This document shows, in pieces, positions 1-10,286 of a stretch of 64,000 bases of DNA. The stretch lies in assembly GCA_036562835.1 (NCBI GenBank), contig DATCJI010000356.1, positions 44-64,043 of the forward strand, written 5' to 3'. The translations under genes and the position numbers were made by a program. Source of the stretch: Xanthobacteraceae bacterium (GTDB lineage: Bacteria > Pseudomonadota > Alphaproteobacteria > Rhizobiales > Xanthobacteraceae). The notes under the pieces are model-generated. The model did no database searches and had not been told where the DNA came from. It was given only the letters and a program-made list of their open reading frames with translations. Each line of letters opens with the position of its first letter. Positions within the stretch are counted from its first letter, which is position 1.

Positions 1-120
1 TTCCTGGATTACGCCTATCCGCCCACCTATCAGCCTGAGAATGTGGTGACCAATATCGGCGGGCGCGTCGGATGGCATCGCTCGCCGCTACCCGGGCCGT
101 TCTTCCCCACCACGAATTAA
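1..120 (+). CDS. 3' end of an unidentified CDS entering from upstream (...FLDYAYPPTYQPENVVTNIGGRVGWHRSPLPGPFFPTTN*)
   Basis: Frame 1 is open from base 1 to TAA at 118-120. No family recognised. Confidence 0.3.
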   Translation, partial: FLDYAYPPTYQPENVVTNIGGRVGWHRSPLPGPFFPTTN

Positions 121-152
121 AATACCGCGCTGCTGCAATACAGAGGCGACGC

Positions 153-176
153 GGGCGCACGTTTAAACGCGCGCCC
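153..176. terminator. GC-rich palindrome between convergent genes (gggcgcacg-tttaaa-cgcgcgccc)
   Basis: 9-bp stem with one mismatch and a 6-nt loop, read directly. It lies between two convergent stop codons. No clear U-tract. Confidence 0.3.
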
Positions 177-239
177 CGTGTCCACGGTCTGGAGGCGTGC
201 ACGGCATGAGCGAACATGCCTTGCCCACCACTACGAAGA

Positions 240-1544
240 CTAAACGATTGCAGGAGCCGGTAGCTTTTCGGTTGGCTCCGGCTCGGAAGCAGCAGCATCC
301 ACCGCGACTACCGCTTTTTCTTCTGCTGCATTAATGGCATCGACCTGCGCGTCCAATTCGCTCTCAAATGCCGATTCCGAAATGGCAATCGTGGGCGACA
401 GAGCAGGCGAAATGAGCTCGGCTCCCTCGTCTCCAGGGGAGGTGAGCATCGGCGGAGCGTCCACATCGCTAGTCTGCCGTTTCGCAGCGGCGGCCGCTTT
501 TTGTCGGTTTACAAAAGAACCGATGACGAAGACGGCGAGCGCTCCAAAGAGACCGCCGGCGGATCCGAAGAGTAGGTTTTCCCAGCGGCTGTTTTTTGCG
601 CTACCTGCAGATCCGGCGGGGCTCAACTGCGCGATCGTCGCCTCGAGCGCGGTAATCTCAGCTTTGGCTTGCTCGAGCTCGCGCGTGACAGCCTCGACAT
701 CGACGCTCGCCGTTTCCACCGTCTCGCGCGCCGTTTCGGTGCCTGCTGGGACCTGTTCGAGTTCTGTGGCGCCCGTGCTCCGCGTCGCAGGCTCGGCTTG
801 CGTTTCGGCAATCGTTTCCGCCGCGTCTGCCTGTTTCGCCTGCGGCTCCGCCTCGTCCGTGGGTGCTTGGAGCGTGCCCTGTTCCTCAGGACGCGCGGAA
901 CTCAGTCCCGACGTGTTGACGGCGACGGTTCTGAGAGTTCCACGTGCTTTCTGATCGAAGTTGGCGGCCCACAAAAATCCCGTGCCGCTCGCGACACGGT
1001 AGACCGGCAATCCTTCCTTTGCGGAGCGCGCAAAGTTGCCCAGGAAATCGATCAGCAACCCTTTCTTTGGACTCTTGCCCTCCGCCAGGATTTTGACGCT
1101 CTCGCCGTCGAGTTGCTCGAGCTTGACATCGCCCCACACCGCGATCATCCCATTTCGCACTCCACCGCGCTGCGGCATGTTCATGATGCGTGGGGCTTCG
1201 CCAATGCTCCGCGTGTATCGCTGGATTTCGCCCTCAGCCTCATTGCGGGCCAGGAACAGCGGCTCCTGAGTGCGATTGACGTAAACGATGCTGCCATCGC
1301 GCGCATGCAGGAGCGAATAGGCAGCCGTATAGGGCCCCCGCCGATCTTTGGCAGGTCGCGCTTTCTGGCACCACGTTAGTCCGTCGAATTGCTCGCTCGG
1401 ACTACATTTGTATTCGCGATACGACGCGCTGTTGAAATTCAGTTGCGTACCAACAGCGACGCCCTCGACTGCATACTGATTTGACGCTGCCGTTGCACTT
1501 CCGGACAAAACCGCCGACGCGAGAACTACAACACCCGTTTTCAT
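240..1544 (-). CDS. hypothetical secreted/membrane-anchored protein with an acidic Ala/Glu-rich coiled-coil-like middle
   Basis: Long ORF. I moved the start to MKTGVVVLASAVLSGSATAAS (signal-peptide-like; ATG at 1542-1544). It has a hydrophobic helix LLFGSAGGLFGALAVFVIGSFV and no catalytic motif I recognise. Confidence 0.6.
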   Translation of the reverse strand: MKTGVVVLASAVLSGSATAASNQYAVEGVAVGTQLNFNSASYREYKCSPSEQFDGLTWCQKARPAKDRRGPYTAAYSLLHARDGSIVYVNRTQEPLFLARNEAEGEIQRYTRSIGEAPRIMNMPQRGGVRNGMIAVWGDVKLEQLDGESVKILAEGKSPKKGLLIDFLGNFARSAKEGLPVYRVASGTGFLWAANFDQKARGTLRTVAVNTSGLSSARPEEQGTLQAPTDEAEPQAKQADAAETIAETQAEPATRSTGATELEQVPAGTETARETVETASVDVEAVTRELEQAKAEITALEATIAQLSPAGSAGSAKNSRWENLLFGSAGGLFGALAVFVIGSFVNRQKAAAAAKRQTSDVDAPPMLTSPGDEGAELISPALSPTIAISESAFESELDAQVDAINAAEEKAVVAVDAAASEPEPTEKLPAPAIV

Positions 1545-1798
1545 TGCCGCTGCCCCCCAATGGTAGACGACACCGGGCAATTATTGCCCACATTATAGCT
1601 AAACTGTGGGGGCACCCCTCTTTTCCAGCCTGTATTAAAGATCCGACACCGACGGTTTATCTACTTGTTTTCGCGTGTGAATCTGTGGCCTGCGTGTGGG
1701 AAAACCCGTGCCGCGTTGTCACCGCCTGACCGGATCGAAACGTTTTCACCGGGACTTATTGTATTGCCGTAGGATGGACTGCAGGCGAGGAGGCGTGC

Positions 1799-2011
1799 AT
1801 GCGCGCAATTGCGGCTCTGGCGATCCTGTTCAGTCTGTTCTTCGCGTTCAGCAAGGAAGCCCGTGCCGACGGGACGTGGTGCGCGAGATATCCCGAGGGA
1901 GCCTCGAATTGTGGGTTCTATTCTTTTGCGCAATGTCAGGCGACCGTATCGGGCAGGGGCGGCTTTTGTGAGCAAAACGGAATGTCCCCGCCCCGGCAGC
2001 GACGCCGATAG
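1799..2011 (+). CDS. DUF3551-like small secreted Cys-rich protein
   Basis: 70 aa with signal peptide MRAIAALAILFSLFFAFSKEARA, then WCA...CGF..F.QC....G..G.C. This is the pattern I associate with DUF3551 of Bradyrhizobiaceae. Confidence 0.7.
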   Translation: MRAIAALAILFSLFFAFSKEARADGTWCARYPEGASNCGFYSFAQCQATVSGRGGFCEQNGMSPPRQRRR

Positions 2012-2014
2012 GTC

Positions 2015-4176
2015 CTAGCGCAGACTGCTCTCCTGCACAGCAGGCTTTGGGTCGAGGATACGCCGCACGTGCGGCAGCACATGATCGGCCACGATGGCTT
2101 GGGCCTCGGCCGTGGGGTGAATGGCGCCGCTGTACAGCGCCGCGTAAGCCGGCTGCAGAATGTCGAATATGGGCGTTCCTTCCCGATGTGTATTGGCTGT
2201 CAGAAACGCGTCGTTGGGAGTGCGGAAAAGCCGCTAACGGTGAGCATAAGGTAGAGTCGCAGCGGGCGAATAGGGCCGGAATTCGTCCCCGTTTCCAGGC
2301 CGGCGAGGCACGCGCATGAGCGACCCATCCGCAATCGCTTGTTTGGGATCGCGGGCGCACAGGCCACGCTTGCTGAATTCGGGAATGTGCTCGGTCACCA
2401 GCGCGAAACCCGTTCCGCTGCCCGTCACCAGATGAGCCGGACAATCAGCGCGGCGCTTCGTGCTGGCGATGCTTTCCATGCGCTTCAACAGGTCGTTCAA
2501 GAACTGCGCAGTCTCGCCGAGCTGCTCTCGCCTCAGCCGTAAGCCCGGGTGAACATCCATGCCGAGTGTCGGATCCGATCCGCATAGTCCTCCCGCCTCG
2601 TCGAACTGGATGGGCTCGTAGGAGGTCTGCACTACGCGCCCCGGCAGGACACCGAAGCCGTCGTGCAGCGCCTCTTTCAGTGCCTTCATGCGCCTGTCGA
2701 GCACACTGAGATAGACGCGCGAGACCTGTGGCCCGAAATGCATCGAGGCCCCAAAAAGCCCGGCGATGGGCGCGAGATCGGAAAGCTGTTGGGTGAGGGA
2801 AACGCCGCGAGCGCGCAAAAGCCGACGTCGTCACCGCCAATCGAGAGCAGGACCAGATCGATTGGGCGTTTGCGCAGCTGCGGCGGGCACCACGTTTTAA
2901 CGATCTTCTGTTCGGTAATTTCCGTATGCCCATGCGCATATGTCGGCAGGGTGTAGCTCGTCCGCTGTGGGTGCGGACCGCGACAAATCAGATCAGCGAG
3001 CTGATCGAGTTGCGGGGCGACCTTGCGGCCCGGCAGTTCGCGGACACCCTCGCGCGCATTCATTTCTCCAAACAGCCCGCGGTCAATTTCCGCTGCCGAG
3101 CAGGCGAAGGTCGCAAAAGTGACGGAGCGATGCCGGTTCTCGAGCGCAAGCTGCATGGCCACGCGCAGCGGATAACCGTATTGCGAGCGGTGACAATCGC
3201 GGCTGAGCCAGCGCGCATTGGCTTTTTCAAAAGCGGCAACGAACTCACGCGAGCCGAGCGGGTGATATCGATCGGCCTTCTCATCCTCCATGTAGCGTCG
3301 CGGCAAAACGCGCGGATTGGAGTCGCCGGAAGCGAGCCCGTATCCAGGCGCCGGTTTACTGGGAGCGAACCTGGATACCGCATAGGATTGCGCGAGACTG
3401 GGATCGTAGACCATTTCGCGCGAGGCACTGAATTGCACCGGCTGATCCGGGTTGCTCTCCCCAGAAGCAAACGAATCGCCGAGCGCGACAATCAGCAAAT
3501 CCTCGACAATCAGCTCGGGTTCGGAGAGCTCGCGGCCGTCCGGCAAGCTTACGGTTACCGAAATGCCGGAATGCGCGCGCTCGAGCGCGTAGGGCACGTG
3601 CGCAATCGTCAGCGTTTCCTTGCACGGCAGCTGCCGCGTTTCCGCCTTGGCGTTCGGCCTGCGCGGCTGCCAGGTCCACACGCACTCACCTGCCCCCTCG
3701 CCGATCACTTCGGGTGTAATCCGCAGGTTTACCGTATGTGCATCCGGCAAGACGTAATCTTCCTTGACACGGCCCCACGAATAACTGCGCTCACAGACCG
3801 CGGGATAACGGGCTGGGCGTCCGTCTCGGTCATAACAGGTATGGCCGAGCGTTTGCGCTGCCCAGCCCAACCGGCTTTGCTGATAGTGACGGCCCGCGGT
3901 GGCCGCGCAGCGATCGGGCGTCGAAGCATCGCGGCAGTCGGGATCATTCAGCGCCCTTTCCGTGCGCCGCACCCAATCGGGTAACGCGATCGGGGAAGCA
4001 TTGTTGCGCAGGGAAGCGAAGGCCGCTTCATGCAGCGCGAACGGTTTGTGGTCCTTGAAGAAGCGGAAAGGGTTTTCCACTTGCCAGAGCAAGCCGCTGG
4101 CCCGGCTTGGACTTATGCCGAGGCTGATAACCGCGCAGATGATCGAAGCGGTCGACGCAAGCGTCCGAATACGCAT
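2015..4176 (-). pseudogene. SGNH/GDSL-family lipase/esterase, disrupted (one frameshift plus one in-frame TAG)
   Basis: Signal peptide MRIRTLASTASIICAVISLGISPSRA. Block I is LIVALGDSFASGESNP and block II is LSIGGDDVGF. The frame changes at the aaaa run around 2817-2820 (ORF 2686..4389 into ORF 2234..2818). TAG at 2234-2236 is followed in the same frame by 72 further sense codons, including SGAIHPTAEAQAIVADHV (block V-like), ending at TAG 2015-2017. Confidence 0.65.
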
Positions 4177-4364
4177 GCATGGCTCCCAGCCCGTTGCGCG
4201 ATATGATAGCGCAGGCGCAAAAGCGTTGAAAAAGATCTTTCTCATGTGCGCGTGCACTGGATGGCCGCGCGCACCAAGCGGGTTAACTCGTTGAATTGGA
4301 CGGCAAATACCCATGTACTCGCGGCGGCCGCGGCGGTGCATGGCAAGAATGTTGAGGCAAATTC

Positions 4365-5372
4365 GTGACCTTGCGCCGGCGGCGGACAAGCGTGGATCTT
4401 GTTTCGCTCGTGCACGGCATCCGCGCTGGCGACCGGTCCGTTATTGCACGTGCGATCACGCTTGTTGAAAGCCGGCGCGCGGATCATCAGAAAGCAGCGC
4501 ATGATCTATTGCAGCAATTGCTGCCACTGACCGGCAATGCCGTGCGCGTCGGCATCACCGGCGCACCGGGCGTAGGAAAGTCCAGCGCAATCGACGCGCT
4601 TGGCACTTACCTCACCGAGCAAGGGCGCAAAATAGCTGTGCTCGCAGTCGATCCCTCATCGAGCCGCACTGGCGGCTCCATACTTGCCGATAAGACGCGC
4701 ATGGCACGCCTCGCGAATGATGCGAATGCCTTCATCCGGCCCTCGCCCTCCTCCGGCACGCTTGGCGGTGTAGCGGGAAAAACGCGCGAATCGATGCTGA
4801 TCGCGGAGGCCGCGGGCTTTGACTGTGTGCTGGTCGAGACCATGGGCACCGGCCAATCCGAGATCGCTGTGGCAGACATGACCGACTTTTTCCTGGTGCT
4901 GATGCTTCCCGGGGCCGGAGACGAGCTGCAGGGGCTCAAAAAAGGCGTGGTCGAGCTTGCCGATATGATTGCCGTGAACAAGGCCGACGGCGACAATGTC
5001 AAGCGAGCCAAAGCCGCCGCGGCGGAGTATCGCGCCGCCCTGCATATCTTGGCGCCGCGGAGCGCAAACTGGTCGCCGCCGGTCGTGACCTGTTCAGCTT
5101 TGACCGGAGAAGGAATTCCCGAGTTGTGGGCCGCGGTCCTCGATCACCGCGAGCGCATGGGCAAATCGGGAGAGCTTGAGGCGCGCCGCCGCATGCAGCA
5201 AGTGAAGTGGATGTGGGCGATGCTCGAGGAACGGATGTTCGCGCAATTGCGCTCGAGCGCCGCCCTCAAGACCAAGCTGCCCCAGATTGAGGCCGCAGTC
5301 GCAGCTGGAAAGATGTCCCCTTCGCTTGCCGTCGAGGAGATCGCCGCCGCGCTCAAGTTGCAGGACGGTTGA
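4365..5372 (+). CDS. meaB: methylmalonyl-CoA mutase-associated G3E GTPase (MeaB/ArgK family)
   Basis: P-loop GITGAPGVGKSS, plus LAVDPSS, VETMGTGQSE and NKADG motifs. 335 aa. Confidence 0.85.
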   Translation: MTLRRRRTSVDLVSLVHGIRAGDRSVIARAITLVESRRADHQKAAHDLLQQLLPLTGNAVRVGITGAPGVGKSSAIDALGTYLTEQGRKIAVLAVDPSSSRTGGSILADKTRMARLANDANAFIRPSPSSGTLGGVAGKTRESMLIAEAAGFDCVLVETMGTGQSEIAVADMTDFFLVLMLPGAGDELQGLKKGVVELADMIAVNKADGDNVKRAKAAAAEYRAALHILAPRSANWSPPVVTCSALTGEGIPELWAAVLDHRERMGKSGELEARRRMQQVKWMWAMLEERMFAQLRSSAALKTKLPQIEAAVAAGKMSPSLAVEEIAAALKLQDG

Positions 5373-5502
5373 ACGCGATCCGACTCTCGCTGCGTATCGC
5401 GAACTACGAGGTTGGAATGCGGCGAAGTACGATGCTCGTGAAAATTGCTATAGTGAATTTCGCTGACGCTCACTCCATCTTCCACATTCCGGCAGCGTCG
5501 GA

Positions 5503-6510
5503 ATGAAAATTGCCAATCTTGCGCTGCAGGGCGGCGGCACTCACGGCGCCTTCACCTGGGGTGTCCTGCACCGCCTCCTGGAAGAGCCTCGGCTCGAAAT
5601 CGAAGGCATCAGCGCGACAAGCGCCGGCGCGATAAATGCCGTCGTGCTTGCGCAGGGCCTGCTCGCAGGCGGACGCGAGGGCGCCGTACAAGCGCTTTCG
5701 GATTTCTGGCGACGCGTCGCGGAGTTCGCGCGGACCAGCCCTCTGCAGCCGTCCTGGTATGACCGGCTCACGCGCAATTATGCACTGACTCATTCTCCGG
5801 GCTACGTTTGGCTCGATCTGCTCACCCGGTTTTTTTCTCCATATCAATTGAATCCCTTTAACTACAATCCGCTCAAATCCATGCTGGAGCATGCTGTCGA
5901 TTTCGAAAGATTACGGAACGAATGCGCCCCCAAGCTTTTTCTGTGCGCGACCAATGTGCGCACCGGCAAGGTCCGACTTTTCACCAATCGGGAAATCAGC
6001 AGCGCTTGCGTGCTGGCTTCTGCTTGCCTCCCCTTGCTGCATCAAGCGGTTGAGATCGAAGGCGAGTACTTCTGGGACGGGGGATATATGGGCAACCCTG
6101 CCCTCTTTCCGTTGATTTACGAATGCGAAAGCAGGGACATCATCGTGGTGCACATCAATCCGACTGAGCGCCAGCACATTCCAACGACTGCGCCGGAGAT
6201 CATCGATCGCATCAATGAAATCAGCTTCAATTCCTCTCTTTTCCGCGAGATGCGCGCCATCGCATTCGTCACAAGACTGATCGACGAAGGAAAGATCCCC
6301 GATGGCAGCCTCAAGCGCATGCTCATTCACGCCATCGAAGCGGGTGATGTGATGCAGAAGCTGGGCATTACAAGCAAATACAATGCCGATGGGAATTTTC
6401 TAGGCCATCTGCACGACACCGGATATAACCGCGCCGACGCCTGGATTGCACAATTTCTGGACCGCATCGGCGTCCAATCGACAGTCGATATTCGTGCAAA
6501 ATATTTGTGA
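5503..6510 (+). CDS. patatin-like phospholipase family protein
   Basis: Oxyanion GGGTHGAF, nucleophile elbow G-T-S-A-G (ISATSAGAINA), and a later DGG Asp motif. Confidence 0.85.
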   Translation: MKIANLALQGGGTHGAFTWGVLHRLLEEPRLEIEGISATSAGAINAVVLAQGLLAGGREGAVQALSDFWRRVAEFARTSPLQPSWYDRLTRNYALTHSPGYVWLDLLTRFFSPYQLNPFNYNPLKSMLEHAVDFERLRNECAPKLFLCATNVRTGKVRLFTNREISSACVLASACLPLLHQAVEIEGEYFWDGGYMGNPALFPLIYECESRDIIVVHINPTERQHIPTTAPEIIDRINEISFNSSLFREMRAIAFVTRLIDEGKIPDGSLKRMLIHAIEAGDVMQKLGITSKYNADGNFLGHLHDTGYNRADAWIAQFLDRIGVQSTVDIRAKYL

Positions 6511-6556
6511 CTTGCACTGGGTTACGTATGCGCGGACGACGTTAACGGCGGTGATA

Positions 6557-7228
6557 ATGAAGCAAGTCGATTTTTATTTCGATTTCGTCAGTCCCTATGC
6601 CTGGCTTGCCGTCCACCAGCTGGGGGCCGTGCGCGATTGCACGGGCGCCCGGTTTCGTTTTGTGCCGGTTCTTTTTGCCGGTCTCTTGAACCATCACGCC
6701 AATGTCGGACCCGCGGAAATCCCGGCAAAGCGACGTTATACCTTTCAAGACGCCCAGCGGTGGGCAATGCATCTCGGATTGCAATTCAAGAGTCCCCCTG
6801 CACATCCATTCAATCCGCTCAAGCCCCTTCGGGTCACATCGGCAATCGAGGATCAAACCAGCCGCGAAACACTTGCGCTGGCGCTTCTCGATGCGGCTTG
6901 GAGCGACGGGCGCGACGTCACTTCCGATACGGTGATCAAGGATGTAGCGCACAACACCGGTGTGGACGGAAATGCTCTTGTGGCCAGAGCGCAAGATGAC
7001 GCGATCAAACGGCAGCTTCAGCAGCAAACGGAAGATGCGGTTGCGGCGGGAGTATTCGGCGTACCTACCTTTATGGTCGATGGGGAGATCTTTTGGGGAA
7101 ACGACAGGTTGCCCTTCTTGCAGGCATACCTGCAGGGAAAGCTGACGACTGATAAATCGCAAATCGAGTTGATCCTCTCGCGACCGCGGGCAGCCGACCG
7201 AGACAGATCCCGGATAACCGACCTCTGA
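6557..7228 (+). CDS. 2-hydroxychromene-2-carboxylate isomerase / DsbA-like thioredoxin-fold protein
   Basis: N-terminus MKQVDFYFDFVSPYAWLA and C-terminal GVFGVPTFMVDGEIFWGNDRL are typical of the family. The ATG at 6557 is chosen over the upstream in-frame extension. Confidence 0.8.
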   Translation: MKQVDFYFDFVSPYAWLAVHQLGAVRDCTGARFRFVPVLFAGLLNHHANVGPAEIPAKRRYTFQDAQRWAMHLGLQFKSPPAHPFNPLKPLRVTSAIEDQTSRETLALALLDAAWSDGRDVTSDTVIKDVAHNTGVDGNALVARAQDDAIKRQLQQQTEDAVAAGVFGVPTFMVDGEIFWGNDRLPFLQAYLQGKLTTDKSQIELILSRPRAADRDRSRITDL

Positions 7229-7251
7229 AAATCTGAGCCGCTGATCTCTGA

Positions 7252-7869
7252 ATGCGCACTATTCTCATCACAGGATTCGGCCCATTCCCTGGCGCGCCAT
7301 TCAATCCGACTGAAGCATTGGCTGCCGAGCTTGCAAAACGGCGCAGCCTCGGCACCGTGCGGCGCATCGCACATGTGTTTCGCGTGAGCTATGCGGCGGT
7401 GGATCGCGATCTTCCTGTCCTGCTCGAGAGCGAAAGGCCTGATGCGTTGATCATGTTCGGCCTTGCCGCGCGCACACGCCACCTGCGCATCGAGATGCGG
7501 GCGCGCAATGCATTTGCAGTCCGCCTCCCCGATATGGACTGCCGGTACCCTCGCGGCCGTACAATTGTCGATGGCGCGCCTTCAGAGCTGCCCTTGCCAA
7601 TTCCTTGGCAGCGCCTCTTGCGGGCAGCACAATCGGCAGGCGTCCCCTCCATGCTGTCGCGGAATGCAGGCGCTTATCTGTGCAATTATCTGTGCTGGCA
7701 GGCCGCACATGCCGCACGCATGGGCGGGCCTGCAATAACTGCCTTTGTGCATGTGCCCTGCGTCGATCGCGCGCGATGGGCTCACGCCCGGCATTTCCGG
7801 ATCACGCAGGATGATCTCATGCGCGCGGGCGAAGCCATGATCAGAGCGATCGTTCCGCTCCTCCGCTGA
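7252..7869 (+). CDS. pcp: pyroglutamyl-peptidase I (peptidase C15)
   Basis: MRTILITGFGPFPGAPFNPTE N-terminus; the catalytic Cys context NAGAYLCNYL and His context FVHVP are present. Confidence 0.8.
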   Translation: MRTILITGFGPFPGAPFNPTEALAAELAKRRSLGTVRRIAHVFRVSYAAVDRDLPVLLESERPDALIMFGLAARTRHLRIEMRARNAFAVRLPDMDCRYPRGRTIVDGAPSELPLPIPWQRLLRAAQSAGVPSMLSRNAGAYLCNYLCWQAAHAARMGGPAITAFVHVPCVDRARWAHARHFRITQDDLMRAGEAMIRAIVPLLR

Positions 7870-7926
7870 CCTGCTTAAGCTTCGATTCATCATGGCGGCT
7901 TAGGCTCTCGCTTTCGAGCACTTGCC

Positions 7927-9264
7927 GTGCATCTCAACCGCCGCCGTGTTCTGTCTGTTCTCGCATCGAGCGCCGCCGCCTCGATTGAATTGAATGTGAC
8001 CGGCACCGCAGCGCCGAGCCGGCAAGGGCCCCCCGAATACGGGCTCCGCCAAAGCGCCGCTCTCCAACGCGCTATCAATGAATGTGCACGCACGCGCACC
8101 CCTCTCGTACTCGCGGCCGGCGTTTACCGCGCGAGCAATCTCACGCTGCCCGCCGGCGCGCACGTATCCGGCACGCGCGGCGCGACCACTCTCACGCTCT
8201 TGGGGCCAGGCGCATCGCTGATCACCGGGTCGGGCAGTGACACGATCACGCTCTCCGGTCTTATCTTCGATGGCCGCCGTAATGAGTTGCCCGAGAGAGG
8301 AGCGCTCGTACGACTCGAGAACTGTCAGAGCGTGAAGATCGCAGACTGCGCATTCACGGCGTCGGCCGGCTCTGCGTTCATTGCAATTGGCAGTGCGGGC
8401 CAGCTCAGCGACTGCACCTTCACGGAAATTGCCGATGTTGCCGTCCACGTTCTCGACTCGCGCGGGTTTCTGATCGCACGCAATCAGATCAGAGACGCCG
8501 GCAATGCGGGCATCCAGGTGTGGCGCTCGCGACCGGGGGATGATGGCACGATGATCATCGATAATCGCGTCGAGCACGTGCAAAACCGGCTCGGCGGCTC
8601 CGGCCAATATGGCAACGCGATCAATGTGTTTCGCGCCGCGAATGTGATTGTGCGCGGCAATCGCATCCGGGATTGTGCGTTCTCGGCCGTGCGCGGCAAT
8701 GCGGCCTCGAATCTGCATATCGAAGGCAACAGCATCAGCAATGCGCGCGAAGTTGCCATCTATGCGGAGTTCGGCTTCGAAGGCGCGCTCATTGTCAGCA
8801 ACGACATCGAGGGCGCGGCGATCGGCATTTCGGTAACGAATTTCAACGATGGGGGCCGGCTTGCGGTGGTGCAAGGCAACATCGTTCGCAATCTGCTGGC
8901 GCGGCGACCCGCCGGCACCGATCCGGCGGACGGTGCGGGCATTGGCATTGCGGTCGAGGCTGATACGGCAGTGAGCGCCAATATCGTCGAGAATGCGCCA
9001 ACAGCCGGCATCGTGCTGGGCTCGGGCCCTTATCTGCGTGACGTCGCAGCCACAGGAAATATTGTGCGCAAATGCGCGATCGGCGTGGCCGTCTCGGTTG
9101 CGCCCGGCGCGGGTACTGCACTGATTGCCAATAACGTCATTTCAGATACTGGCAGAGGTGCCGTCGTGGGAATGCTTCGCTCGAGAGCGGTAACGGGCGA
9201 TCTCACCAAAACCGGCAGCGAGCAGTATGGCCAGGTGACGATCAGCGGCAATCGCGTGCAATAG
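7927..9264 (+). CDS. Tat-signal right-handed parallel beta-helix repeat protein (resembles TIGR03808 family)
   Basis: Twin-arginine leader MHLNRRRVLSVLASSAAAS. It has repeated beta-helix turns (...I.GN.I.....GI.V...) over about 400 aa. Confidence 0.75.
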   Translation: MHLNRRRVLSVLASSAAASIELNVTGTAAPSRQGPPEYGLRQSAALQRAINECARTRTPLVLAAGVYRASNLTLPAGAHVSGTRGATTLTLLGPGASLITGSGSDTITLSGLIFDGRRNELPERGALVRLENCQSVKIADCAFTASAGSAFIAIGSAGQLSDCTFTEIADVAVHVLDSRGFLIARNQIRDAGNAGIQVWRSRPGDDGTMIIDNRVEHVQNRLGGSGQYGNAINVFRAANVIVRGNRIRDCAFSAVRGNAASNLHIEGNSISNAREVAIYAEFGFEGALIVSNDIEGAAIGISVTNFNDGGRLAVVQGNIVRNLLARRPAGTDPADGAGIGIAVEADTAVSANIVENAPTAGIVLGSGPYLRDVAATGNIVRKCAIGVAVSVAPGAGTALIANNVISDTGRGAVVGMLRSRAVTGDLTKTGSEQYGQVTISGNRVQ

Positions 9265-9453
9265 CATGGTGCCCTGCGCTAGCATGATGGCGGTGTTTGT
9301 CGCGGCCACGTCTTCTTTTCGGCCCAACAACGATGCGGACACGTGTCAAGCCGAGCATGCCGCAGCTTAACGATTTTTAATGCGCGACCGTGTCGCATTG
9401 CCCGTGTAAGAACCCCCGCGTAGAGCTATATCTGAGCTTATCAGTTCATTCGA

Positions 9454-10233
9454 TTGATGCGCCCGCAGCTTCGCAACGTGCTCCTCGCTGTTCTGGCTCT
9501 CTTCATCGTTCCGCTTGCCGCACATGCGGCGCTCTACGCAACCAAGCAGCATCCGCGCAGCTATCGCGATGCCGACTGGTCGAGCGTCGGCATGTTGCCC
9601 CCCGCGACCGCAGACCGCGAAGCCCGTCTGATTGTCTTTACCGGCCGCACCGGCCGGTGGAAGGGCATTTTTGCCGTGCACAGTTGGGTCGTCTTCAAGC
9701 CGCAGAATGCCACGCAATGGAGCCGCTATGACGTCGTCGGATGGGGCCAGCCCGTCCGGTTCAACGCGTGGGATCCGGACGGCCGCTGGTTCGGAGATAC
9801 GCCGCGCGTGCTGGCCGACATCAGGGGGAAAAAGGCGACTGCGCTCATTGCGAAGGTGCAGGAGGCGATCCGCGCCTACAGCTACAGTCATTCCGGCGAC
9901 TATCGCATCTGGCCGGGTCCCAACAGCAATACCTTTACGGCTGCCGTTCTCCGGGCTGTGCCGGAGCTTGAAATTACATTGCCGCCGAATGCTGTGGGCA
10001 AGGATTTCCGCAGTGTTCCCTATGTGGGCTTGACCGACAGCCGGACGGGGGTCGAGGCGTCGTTGTGGGGCCTGCTTGGAATCAAGCTTGGATGGGTCGA
10101 GGGCATCGAATTTAATTTCCTTGGCCTCGTTACCGGTGTCGACCTGCGTCATCCCGCGTTGAAGCTTCCGGGCTTTGGCCGTCTTGGCTTCGACGACGGG
10201 AGCGCAATTGCCGCTCCCCTCCCCGCACGATAA
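9454..10233 (+). CDS. DUF3750-like membrane-anchored protein
   Basis: N-terminal hydrophobic anchor LLAVLALFIVPLAAHAA. The conserved-looking core is FAVHSWVVFK...RYDVVGWG...YRIWPGPNSNTFTAAVLR. It lies 53 bp upstream of the rSAM gene on the same strand. Confidence 0.65.
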   Translation: MMRPQLRNVLLAVLALFIVPLAAHAALYATKQHPRSYRDADWSSVGMLPPATADREARLIVFTGRTGRWKGIFAVHSWVVFKPQNATQWSRYDVVGWGQPVRFNAWDPDGRWFGDTPRVLADIRGKKATALIAKVQEAIRAYSYSHSGDYRIWPGPNSNTFTAAVLRAVPELEITLPPNAVGKDFRSVPYVGLTDSRTGVEASLWGLLGIKLGWVEGIEFNFLGLVTGVDLRHPALKLPGFGRLGFDDGSAIAAPLPAR

Positions 10234-10286
10234 CTCGTCACACAAATTTGTTGGGACACACGCATTGCGTGTGCGAAGCTGCCGTC

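Noticed and set aside
4365-5372. MeaB without an adjacent methylmalonyl-CoA mutase gene
   Set aside because: The mutase can be encoded elsewhere, and nothing in the sequence itself is aberrant.
7900-8874. Long antisense or overlapping ORFs, e.g. 7900..8874(-), 9367..10245(-), 31282..32238(-), 41341..42288(+), 59545..60591(+), 36923..37906(-), 16106..17140(+), 24605..25402(-)
   Set aside because: They lie opposite or out of frame to genes with clear family motifs. Their translations are Arg/Ala/Gly/Pro-rich and low-complexity, as is typical of shadow ORFs in GC-rich DNA, and they carry no motifs.
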